In this document: positions 52,409 through 64,000 of the stretch, piece after piece
Layout of the letters: every line of letters starts with the position of its first letter
Position numbering within the stretch: position 1 is the first letter of the stretch
Assembly (NCBI GenBank): GCA_028534125.1
Contig: CM052816.1
Location: 52,144,001-52,208,000 of the forward strand
Reading direction: 5' to 3'
Length of the DNA: 64,000 nt
Origin: Lama glama
Lineage: Eukaryota
Made by a program: the position numbers and the translations under genes
The notes under the pieces: generated by a model
The model's input: only the letters and a program-made list of their open reading frames with translations
What the model was told of the DNA's origin: nothing
The model's database searches: none

Positions 52409-55400
52409 TACCCAAAATTATCTTCTCCCTTTCATGGACTCTCTTAGCATTCTGTTTGCTTTCCTATCACACACTTTATATTATAATTTATTTTTATATT
52501 TATTATATTTATAATTTATATTTATAATTTATAATATATAATTTATAATTATATTTATAATGTGCTTTGTACTGGAGTGATTTGTATAATATGGTAGCTT
52601 TCCAAATAGATTGGCAAAGGTCATAGATCTTTTAATCTCAAGAAGATCCATGGTTATTATACAATCAATGTTTGTGAGGCTGAATGGAAAGGGAAACATT
52701 ATGTAGCTAATGTGTTTTGTATACATTATTTGATTTATTGTTAACAGGAATGACCAAAAGTCACTTTGTCTTTGAAGCAACTTTTCCTTGGGTTAAAGAC
52801 ATGATTAGGATCCACAGCAAATGGAAAAACTGTAGCTACATACAATGCACCCTTCTACCTTTGACAATACACTATTCTAATTTCATTTTTTTTAAAGTGT
52901 CCATTGTAACCCATAAAATTGCTTTTATAATCCACCAACGACTTGTGACCACAGTTCAAAAAGCACTGCCTTGATAGGGCATGTGCAGGCCTTCCTGGCT
53001 GGACACAAACCATGAAGGCTGTCATGTGATACTCAGCACCAGGTATGGACTAACTGTGCGCTGTGGTCATGGTCAACGTGGCCATCAAGGAAGAAGATAT
53101 GCACATTCAGTCATCATGCACTCTTCTCTCCACCAGCCTTCCTGTTAGGGCTGGAAACAATCTAGTACACAATCTAGTATGGTGTGTTCAGGGTCCACGT
53201 CCACTCCCATGAGATGGAAAGCTTAGCTCAGCCTGGCCAGGAAGAGACGGTCACAGCCAAAGGATCAAAGTAAGAGAAAGAGTTCATGATGGCACTGAGG
53301 GAAAGGGTCCTGGGAGCTTGTCAGAGTTTTCCGAGCTGTTGTTGTGTTGGGGAGCTTCCAGGAAAGCCTGGGAAAATGCCATCAACCTCAGTATTATGTA
53401 TAGTAAATCAAACTACATATTGAGTCAAATACTAAACAGGTATTTTCTTAAAGAGAGTGAAAGGAGGAGGGGTAAGAGACAGAGGAGGAAGAGGGAAGTA
53501 GGGAAGAAAAATGGTAGAGGAAAAAAGCAAACCAGGACTTTACAAACTTTTACTGCTTGAGGGATGAAGACTTGGTTTGGTGGTTAAAAAGAACCCACAA
53601 AAAGAGGATGGGAGGGAAAAGAAATTTCTGGCCTGAAAATAAGAGAGAAGAAAATAATCTGAGTAATCAACAAAAATGATGGAAATTAGTAAGAAATCTC
53701 CCTTCAGCAGAAAGCTTCGACAGGAAGGAGTCATTGAAAAGATAAATGGATAAGACCACGTCCACAAAGGCTCAGACATAAGCAAGCCCAGGAGGCTCTA
53801 AACCAAGTTTTTGATTTAAGGTAGAGAATGAAAGGAAGCTTTGCTAGAAGGGAAGAAAATGAAAGGAATCTCTCTGAACTATGGAGAGGAAAAGGGAAGA
53901 AAAATACTTGAATAGATGCTAAGGACAGACGGCTGCCTGTATTAAGAGTTCAACTAAAGAGATTTTTATATTTATATTGCTATTAGATTATATCTTAATG
54001 ATGGCAAGGTGGACTTGCCAACATCAAACAGGACTGGGGATTTAGTGGGCTTTGCCACTAACTACCTTGATGATCATGTAACTTCAGAATAAAATGTTTT
54101 AGTTAATTAAGAGATTTCATGAATTTAAATCTTCAGCCTCAAACGAACAGGTGATTTACAAAAGTCAAGTAGAATCACTAAAATAACTGCATGTCTCACA
54201 CAACTGCTCCCCAACTTTCTGTTCAAGTGGTATGGCCCCACCTTGGGAGTTGTCCATGGTAATTAATCAGATCATCCCCCTGCCCCGATTCCTCAAATAC
54301 TGTTTCTTCCTATTCGACTACTACCAATAAACCTCTAACACGTACACCCCCTTATTCCTTGTAAGTTAGAGATAATTCTGAGGAATTACACTCAATGAAG
54401 ATGCACAAAGAAGCTCATTATTTAGATAAACCCTACTGCAAACACTCTCGCAGAACAGATACTAATTTATGTTTTAAAATCTGGATTTTCATGTATATAA
54501 ATTTAAAGTGCTATGCAGGAAAAGTGCTAGCTAGCTAGATAAGTAAAAATTAGCAGTACTACTGAAAATACAACAGCATTTCTACCAGGGAATGAATTAA
54601 TATAATTTTTAAAAGGAAATCAATATAAAACAGATTTTTATTATTAAGACTCTTTTTTTAAATGTCTTCCTTGAGACATTTTCCTACTGTGTTTGAGATT
54701 TATTTCTGCTACTTAATCCACTACCATCCCTATCACCATAATCAATTCTCTATTTCTGAATTTTCTAAATAGTAAAGTGAAATTATTAGATATAATAAAC
54801 ATAAAGAAATAGAATGACAAAGGAGGTCAACTTTATATTTTACCTTCCACTCTAGACACATGGAATGAAGAAGATGAGAAAAACAGAATAGACAGAGAAA
54901 AAAAAATTCTATGTGCATCACAACAGAAGTTTCAAGTGCCAGAGATGAGGATGGAATCTTATCACCACTATTATCAATCCTTAAAATAGCTACCTAACTC
55001 CTCATTAAGAATAAGGACATGCAGATTCCATTAATATTTACTGTAAAGGAATGTCCATGGAAATGGCAGAATGCTCAAATAAACTAATTTAAAGTGACAT
55101 TTTAAAAATTTTTTTGAAGAATTAAAAACAATGGGGGTGGAAATGATAGTATGGTCTCCCCAAAATGAGTTGGCTATACCTGTATCATTTAAATACACAT
55201 TCATCATTACATATCATGGATGAATCTCCAGCTACTAAAACAATCCCTTTACATTTATAAAAGCCACATCATTTTTTCCTAAGAAAAACAAATAGGAAAT
55301 ACCCATTATTTTCCTTATTCCAAAAGTTACTTGTCTAGTCATTCATTCATCAAGCATTTATTAAGTGCCTACTATATCTGAGCTACTATAAAAGGTGCTG

Positions 55401-57996
55401 GGGACACAAAAGATTATTACACAGTTTTTTCTACCAGCCATCCCGCCTGTCTTCCTCTGAGAAAACGCTTTACCCAACCCCTCCTTAACATCGCTCTCTC
55501 TCTACTGTTTCACTCTTGACTCTTTCATTTTCACTTAACACAACCACATGTGTCCTGCCTTAGGCTGCTATGTTCACCCTGGCAGGGCAGCCAATCAAAC
55601 TACCTTCTGCTCCCTAGGAAAACCATGCTCTCTCACACCTCCATCTGCCTGGCTGCTGTTCTCAAATCTTAATGTTGGCACCCTCTTGCGCAAAGCATCG
55701 CCTAATTCCCGAGGCACGGCTTCGCATTCTTACTCCACCAGTGACTCTGTAGGACCGTAACAATCAGCACTTCCGTTATAACTGCTTATCTCCATGACTA
55801 CCATGCCTGTAGACTGGAAGACTCTGAAAGGTAGGGACCTCACTCATTTTTGTATCTTCACCATCTAGCTGTGAACTTGGCTCATAGTAAGCACCCAATA
55901 AATGTTTTTTAAGAATGAATGAATTAATGTATGTATGTATAATAATGTACAACTCAGAGGATATAACACTAAAGTGAGAATTTACTGGAAACATCTATCT
56001 ATACAAACATTTTAGGGATAAGAAAAGGATAATCAATCAGTGTTTACTGTAGCTCTCTAAATTAGTAAAATTAACTTGAACGTGGAATTAAATACCTCAA
56101 TTAGAAAGGTCAGCTACTACAGGAAAGGTCAGCTACTATGGAGAGGAGCTCAACTTGAGGGAGCTGAAATGCCCTTTCTGGGCCTCAAATTCATCACCTA
56201 TATTTCTCTTAAACTCTGGGTTTTTTTTTTTTTCATTCAAGCAATGGTCCCATTTATATTTGATTTAGCTCAAACACATGTACAAAATCTAAATGACAAG
56301 AAGCGGATAAATATGACATATATGCCCCTAAAATGTGCTCCAGCAGGTTTCCCCTACTTTGGTCATTCCCCCTCCACCTTCAAGAATGTTCCCACGTCGG
56401 CAAGTACATCACTACTACAACTCAATAGTTTTTGTTAAATCAACCCACATTTTTTAACTCAAATACCAACTTAAGAATCTTTCTATGCCATAAAAATTTA
56501 CGAAATCACAGGTTTGATTCACTAATTACATGTTTTAATATATCTTAAATAAATATTTAACTACGAAAGTAAGAAACATTTATTTGTGAACTGCTCAGAA
56601 TTCTATCAGGTAAGTAAACCAAGTGTGACTCGGCTATGCCTGCAGTGGCCAGTGTCCTGTGTAGCCCATCTCCTCACCCTCCCTGCTTCAGGGCCATTCC
56701 TCTGTCCCTCTAAGACTCCACACCTGATTTATGCCCTTCTCCAGGCTTTCTGGATTCACTTGGTATTGAGTTTCCTTCAAGTCCATCTGATTTTTAACTT
56801 AAATACTTAATTGTTTTGCAGTAAGAAAAGAAAAACTTTATAAAAAGCTAACATGACTTAATTACGACAACAGCATTCTGACGGGAGACTGGTAAGACTT
56901 CACTGTTATTTTCTGTATGCTGAGATGGTTAATTCACTAAGGAATTCAAGAGGGACTTTCCCCATTGGTGGCGCTTTCAAAAATATTCTAACATGCTTAA
57001 ACTGTAAGGGATACTAAAAACATTTTTTAATGTTTTAAATTACAAAAACATTTGAAAAGGGAGTTTTCTTTTTCCCTTAATCAGATTCACCAATGTACAA
57101 AACTCAGTTTTGCTACAGTAAACACTTACACATTGGCATGATCAATATAATCCAAGTGTTTTTTACATTTTAATTTTAATCAAATTAAAATAATATCAAG
57201 GAAGCAAAATTCAATCATACTCAGAGTAATCTCTAAAATAAGATCTTGACTAGAAGTGCTTCTGGGAAGGAGGGGTAGACGTACTTTTCCCTGTTTCTCC
57301 TGCTGAGTACAACGCCCTGCGCATTATACATAAAACAAAGAGAAGACAACACTGAAAGGGGGAAAGAAAGTAGACCAGCAGGAAACTGGAGACCTTAGAA
57401 GTGCCATGGAGGTGAGTCCCCTGGACTCATTTTTGCCACATATATCCCAGGCTTGAAGCTGAAAAAGGTGACAATCATGAAAGGCCAACAGGAGAGGACA
57501 AAAAAGCCCCAACAAGACTGCTCTCTCCAGATCAACACCCAGGACAGGTGCAGCTATAAGCAAGACAGAAAACTTCTAGACAATAACCACTCTCCTCTGG
57601 CCAAACACCCCAGAAAAAAGTGTGGTCTAACCCCACCCATGCTAGCAGAGACCAGGAGGGGAACCTAGGCTTCCTTTTTCACCAGACTGATAAATGGTAT
57701 TAACTGGTTAGAGAATGTCACAAAGCTTCAAAAATTTTAACAGAGTCAATATGGCAAAAAAATTAACACGCACCGCTGACCGTATCATTTGCAACAGATG
57801 AACAGCAGCTACACATCTCTCCCTTGTCCTGGTTCTCGACCCAGCTCTTTATCCCCTCCCTTCTGTTTCTTCCTATTCTTCTTCCTCCTATTCCCAACTA
57901 TTGACATTCTTCAAACTCCTGGGTCTTACTCTTTTCTCTGTACACTAGTTTTTCCCTTATGGGAACTGTTCATATTTTTAAAATTCAACTCTTCTA

Positions 57997-58443
57997 GGTG
58001 TGGAGAAAAGGGAACCCTCCTACACTTTTGGTGGGAAATGTAAATTGGTGCAGCCACTAGGAGAACAGTATGGAGGTTCCTCAAAAAACTAAAAATAGAC
58101 TTACCATATGATCCAGCAATCTCACTCCTGGGCATATATTTGGAGAAAATTCTAATTTGAAAAGATACATGCACCCCAATGTTTATAGCATCATTATTTA
58201 CAACAGCTAAGACATAAAAGCATCCTAAATGTCCATCAACAGATGACTGGATAAAGAAGATATGGCATATAAATAAAATGGAATATTACTCGGCCATAAA
58301 AAAGAATGAAATAATGCCATTTGCAGCAACGTGGATGGACATAGAGATTATCATACTAATTGAGTAAGTCAAAGACAAATATCATATGCTATCACTTACA
58401 AAATACTGTAAATCAACTACACTTCAATTAAAAATTAATATAA
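57997..58443 (+). mobile_element. Truncated L1 3' insertion with internal 3'-UTR deletion
   Basis: TSD aaaattcaactct at 57980-57992 and 58444-58456. Confidence 0.88.
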
Positions 58444-58472
58444 AAAATTCAACTCTCCCATCTAGGCCTCTT

Positions 58473-58824
58473 CGTATTTTTTTTAAAATATGTTTTTATT
58501 AAAGTATAGTCAGTTTACAATGTGTCAATTTCTGGTGTACAGCACCAATGCTTCAGTCATATAGGAACATACATGTATTTATTTTCATATTCTTTTTCAC
58601 CATAAGTTACCACAAGATATTGAATATAGCTCCCTGTGCTATACAGTATAAACTTGTTATTTATCAGATTTTGTGAGAATCCTGTATTTCAAAGCAAGAG
58701 ACACTCTGCCAGAATTCAGCAGGTATTCTGTGCGATTCAGTGGGTTTGTAGATGTAATTCTTGGTGTATCTGTGGGAGAGGGAGAGCTGTGAGTCTCTCT
58801 ACTCTGCCATCTTGGCTCAACCCC
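58473..58824 (-). mobile_element. L1 5'-end/3'-end fusion element (putative spliced L1 retrocopy)
   Basis: Minus strand starts GGGGTTGAGCCAAGATGGCAGAGTAG (L1 5' start with YY1 motif), joins the L1 3'-UTR at 58665/58664 and ends AATAAA plus A tail; TSD ctaggcctctt at 58462-58472 and 58825-58835. Confidence 0.85.
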
Positions 58825-60359
58825 CTAGGCCTCTTATTACCCCATTCCTTTGCCCAGATACCCTATTGCCTTCCACTGGGAGGCCATACCCCTTTGCTGG
58901 ATTTTATGGTTCTTGACCCTTTCTCCCCCAACACTCAACATGTAAGTTCTCCTCCATTCAGAAGTCTCCCTGCTGTCTTCACACCTCCTCTAATATTTCC
59001 AGCCTGTATGTCTCAGAGCGAACATTATTTCCACACACACACAGAACATATCCTCCTTCCTTCCCGCTACCAATGCAAAGCCTTCCATCCTGCAAATGTC
59101 CCCATCCCAGCCAACCTCCTCCACAACGCCTTCCTTGCTCTGCCAGGGCCTAGAAGCTCTCCTTCTCTGAACTCGAAAATAACCATCATCTGCTTCGTTC
59201 ATCTGACTTGCCTCAAAAATCAGTTTCTTTGAGAACTAGTAAATATTAACTAATATTTGTTTATTGCTTTCTATAGCTTTCCTCTTGACCAGGTTTATAA
59301 GCATATAAAATCTCTAAGCTTAACTGCAGTTAATACAATGCTTAAAATCATTGCTTTCCCTTTGTTTCTCTCTCTAGAGAGTATCTAAGAATATACACAC
59401 TCTTACAACAAATGAAAAAGACAACACTTAAGACAGTAGGACAAATTTCCTAAGAACCAACTGAAATCTTTCAAACATATTTTACATAAATGAAAAAAAC
59501 TAACCTAAGAAAAATTGATAGTTTATTATTATTTAGAAACAATACTATAGTTTAGTACTGTCTTTGACTAATAGTTATTCATTCTAAATACAAAGTAATT
59601 AAGCCTGTACCTAGTCATATAAAAATAACAGCGAAGCTGCTATTAGTCTTTTAATTGAAATTCATAGAATATAAAATCCTTTGGAGACCTCTTGTGGTCA
59701 AAGTTAAAAATATAAAAAAAAAAAACAAAAACACACAAAAACCCCGCCAAAACCCAATACATATTTAAAATGGATATTCTGTAATTCCAAACCATTCTTC
59801 CATCTTTTCTCACAAAGCTCTATTACTTCTTCATTAGTATTAATGAAATAACCACTAGCTGACAAAAACCTCTGGTTTTACCCTCAGATTTGCGTGGAAG
59901 AAAAAGAAGGGATTCCAAATAACTACTCATCACTATTTAAAATACAGAAGACAGCACCAAAAACACAACAAAACTCCTTGAAAATTCAATGCTGTGTTAC
60001 TTACTGGAAGTAAATATGGAACAGAATTTTGGCAAGCTATGTTCTTCATACTTAATTAAAAGAATTCCCTATCCCCGTTGCTAACTTTTTTTCTTTTTTT
60101 TAAACATGGCCGAGAATTGCATCTCTGGTTGATAGAAGCTAAAGATTATGGATGTAAACCAGTGTAAATGGACCCACTAGCATTTTCAGGGAATTAAGGT
60201 AGGACCACCTCACCTCAGTGAAGCAAAATAAAGAAAAAATGAATAAAAAGTTGAATGTAAAAATTTTTAAAGAAAAACAAATTGACTAAAATAAAACACA
60301 AATGATTGTGTTTCCAAAATGAAGTGAGATCTTTCTAAATAGAAAAATAATGGAATGCT

Positions 60360-62487
60360 TACATTTGTTTTTATGTCCATCACTCTAGGAACTGGTTTGA
60401 AAAAAATATTGGTACAATTTATGTCAGAGTGTTCTCCCTATGTTTTCCTCTAAGAGTTTTATATAATATCTGGTCTTACATTTAGGTCTTTAATCCATTT
60501 TGAGTTTATTTTTGTATATGGTGTTAGAGAATGCTCTAATTGCAGTCTTTTACAGGTAGCTGTCCAGTTTTCCCAGCACCACTTATTGAAGAGACTGTCT
60601 TTTCTCCACTGTATATTCTTGCCTCCTTTGTTATAGATTATTGACCGTAAATGTGTGGGTTTATTTCTGGACTTTCTATCCTGTTCCATTGATCTATGTG
60701 TCTGTTTTTGTTCCAGGACCATACTGTTTGGATTACTGTAGTATAGTCTAAAGTCAGGGAGCATGATCCCTCCAGCTCTTTCTCAAGATGCTTTGGCTAT
60801 TCAGGGACTTTTGTGTTTCCATACAAATTTAAAAATTTTTTTGTATCAGTTCTGTGAAAAATGTCATTGGTAATTTGGTAGGGACTGCACTGAATCTGTA
60901 TATTGCCATGGGTAGTATGGCCATTTTAACAATATTGATTCACCCAATCCAAGAACATGATACATCTTTCTATCTGTTTGTGTCATCTTCAATTTCTTTT
61001 GTCAGTATCTTATAGCTTTTGGAGTACAGGCCCTTTGCCTCCTTCGGTAGGTTTATTCCTAGGTATTTTATTCTTTTTGATGGGATGGTTTCCTTAATTT
61101 CTTTTTCTGCTATTTTGTTCTTAGTGTATAAAAATGCAAGTGATTTCTGTATATTAATTTTGTATCCTGCAACTTTACTGAATTTATTGATGAGCTCTAG
61201 TAGTTTTCTGGTAGCATTTTTAGGATTCCCTATACATAGTATCATGCTATCTGCAAACATGACAGTTTTACTTCTCCTTTTCAAATTTTGATTCCTTTTC
61301 TTTTTTTTTTCTGATTGTTGTGGCTAGGACTTCCAAAACTATGTGGAATAAAAGTGGAGAGAGTGGGCATCCTTGTCCTGTTCCTGATCTTAGAGGAAAT
61401 GCTTTCAGCTCATACAGTTTAATATCACAAAACAAACAAACAAACAAAACAAAACAACCCAATCAAAAATTGGGCAGAAAACCTAAATAAACGTTCCTTC
61501 AAAGAAGACATCCAGATGGCCAACAGGCACATGAAAAGATGCTCAATATCACTAATTACTAGAGAAATGCAAATCAAAACTGTAATGAGGTATCACCTCA
61601 CACCAGTCAGAATGGCCATCATTAAAAAGTCTACAAATAATAAATGCTGGAGAGGGTGTGGAGAAAAAGGAATTCTCCTACGTTGTTGGTGGGAATATAA
61701 ATTGGTCCAGCCACCATGGAGAAAAGTAAGCACGTTCCTTAAAAAACCAAAAACAGACTTACCATATGATCCAGCAATCCCACTCTTGGGCATATATCCA
61801 GAGGAAGCTCTAATTTGAAAGGACACATGCACCCCAATGTTCACAACAGCACTATTTACAATAGCCAAGACATGGAAACAACCTAAATATCCATTGACTG
61901 ATGACTGGATAAAAAAGATGTGGTGTATATATATCACAATAGAACTTGGAAATAGATATACAATGGAGTATTACTCAGCTATAAAAAGAAATGAAGTAAT
62001 ACCATTTGCAGCAACATGGATGAACCTACAGATTATCATATTAAATGAAGTCAGAGAAAGACAAATATCATATATCACTTATATGTGGAATCTACAAAAA
62101 AAATACAAATTTTATTTACAAACCAAAAATAGACTCACAGACAAAGAAAACAAACTATGGTTACCAAAGGAGAAAGAGCAGGAAAGGGATAGATTAGGAG
62201 TTTGGGATTAACAGATACACATTATTATACATAAAACAGATAAACAAGAAGAACCTCCTGTATAGCACAGGGAACTATATTCAGTATCTTGTAATAATCT
62301 ATAATTGAAGAGAATCTGAAAAAAGAACATATATATATGTATATGTATAACTGAATCACTTTGCTGTACACCTGAAACTAACACTGTAAATCAACTACAC
62401 TTCAATTCTAAAAAAATACATATATTAGCATGCATTAGCCAGTTCCTTTGACATAATGAGTACTTAATAAAAATAATACACAACTGG
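60360..62487 (+). mobile_element. L1 with 5' inversion (60360-61408 inverted; 61405-62416 sense) and putative 3' transduction (62417-62487)
   Basis: ORF2 peptides on opposite strands meeting at cagct; TSD gaaaa(t/a)aatggaatgct-type repeat at 60342-60359 and 62487-62504. Confidence 0.9.
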
Positions 62488-62809
62488 AAAAAAAATGGAA
62501 TGCTATCATAAGCATGGAGGACTTAATTGGTTCAGGCAGTACATTAAAGACACAGAGAAATACTGAATCAAAATATAATCAAAAATGCTTTCTTCTAGAG
62601 ATCCCCTCCAAAAAAAGGAAGTCCTAAGGGCCAAAAACAATTAGAAAAACACAGCTGTAGATGGGAGATGACACCATAAAGAGCCATGCACAGAGAGTAG
62701 AATATACGAAGATCCAACGTACTTCTGGTTGGAGTTCCAGAAGAGCACAGGGAGAGGCAGTATAGAAAGAGGGAATGGCTGATAGGAATAATCAAAAGGA
62801 CAGCTTAAT

Positions 62810-63020
62810 CTGCAGAAAACTTTCTAGGTTGGGCACTATTTCAAGCACTTTACCTTTACATTAACTTATTTAATCCTCACAATACTATAAGGTAAAAACT
62901 CTTACTTCCCCTATTTTAAAGAAAATGAAACTGAAGGACAACACGATTGAGTAATCTGCCCAAAGTCACTAAGAAGAAAGCCAATTTTCTAAGCCAAACT
63001 CTATGTCACAAGACCACACT
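62810..63020 (-). mobile_element. MIR SINE
   Basis: ttatttaatcctcacaata...gaaactgaagg...gcccaaagtcac. Confidence 0.75.
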
Positions 63021-64000
63021 GTTTTATTGCTTGACTTTTGAAACTCTACCACTCCATTCTAAACATAGATACAAATCAGCCTTAGACTCCACAGAGATGT
63101 GGACTATTTGCCTATTCATTATGTCCATTATGTGAAAAAAATAAAAATTACATGTGGTCGGTAAACATAGGAAAAATTACATACTCTCAGTGCTAACCAG
63201 AGCAAATTAAAATGTGACAAAGGCAGTCATCAAATTTGGTAAAACCCACATATGATATTCAAACTATCTTTGGTACTCCAAATGGCTTTTAAAGCTCATT
63301 TGATGAGTAAACATTTAGAAATATCCCCAGGCAATGCTGCCTGCCGGACAAAAAATCAGTTTTGGCAAAGTCTCTATGGAATGTTTTGACATTCTACTGA
63401 ATTTTAACTTTATTGTTTTATAAAAATAAGGGGAAATCAGAAAATGAAAGTGTTGATTCAACTGATCAACTTTAGTCTCAATTCATCTAAATTAATCAAA
63501 TATACACTCAGTTATGAAGAAAAATTAACAAAATCAAAGATATAAACTATGGGAAATATAGTTTTAAAAGACTACCCTAAAAATCTTTAGAGATTTTATT
63601 AACTTTTTCAGTTCTCTGAGAGCAGCACCCCTTATCAGTCCACTTGTGTGACTTTTAATTATTCAGGTCTGAGCACACTGTCAGAAAGGATTAAGAACAA
63701 AATAAGGGGAATTCATGCAGAAATTTTCATCTATCCAATTGGCAGAGATTATTTCAATGATCACTCCTCATGTGGGCAATGGCTCAAATAACCCACCAAT
63801 ACTATAGTGGGGTTAGCATAAATTGTTATTACCAATTCTAGCAAGCAATCAAGAGCTTTATGAATGTTTATACCCTCTCACCAATTAATTATACTTTTAA
63901 CAATTTAGCTTAAGGAAACAATCAGAAATATACACAAATATTTCTACGCATGGATATTCACCATAGCAATATTTGTAGTACTGAAAAAAATGAATACAAC

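Noticed and set aside
52970..53400. Possible ancient CR1/L3-like relic (similar impression at 37600-38250 and 18680-19250)
   Set aside because: Too degenerate to assign by eye; needs a Dfam HMM search.
56105..56138. Short tandem duplications (also ~5202-5254, ~7908-7950, ~10149-10200, ~37098-37152)
   Set aside because: Ordinary two-copy slippage duplications; no spacer-repeat array structure.
58636..59232. 198-aa ORF on + strand
   Set aside because: Non-ATG start, runs antisense through an L1 relic into pyrimidine-rich intron; no recognisable protein.
38811..64000. Search for MSH3 exon 8 or a nested gene
   Set aside because: No matching coding sequence seen; consistent with the large intron 8 continuing past the window.

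Overview
Mammalian genomic DNA, very probably from a camelid given five tRNA-derived vic-1-type SINEs. The window holds the middle of the mismatch-repair gene MSH3 on the minus strand. Eight coding exons are present (human-equivalent exons 9-16, 978 nt); all have GT-AG sites and join into one uninterrupted frame. Position 38811 to the end is part of the large intron 8. The introns are filled with L1, L2, MIR, MLT/LTR and MER DNA-transposon relics, and there is one 500-N assembly gap. The most notable features are L1-machinery products. (i) A ~350-bp TSD-flanked element joins an L1 5' end directly to an L1 3'-UTR at an AG that has a TACTAAC branch point in a sibling copy, so it looks like a retrotransposed spliced L1 RNA. 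(ii) A twin-primed L1 also carries an apparent 3' transduction. (iii) A tailless 5S rRNA retrocopy. (iv) An 86-bp internally primed, permuted L1 3'-UTR insertion. Repeat family names are from recognition by eye, not database searches, and boundaries of old repeats are approximate.
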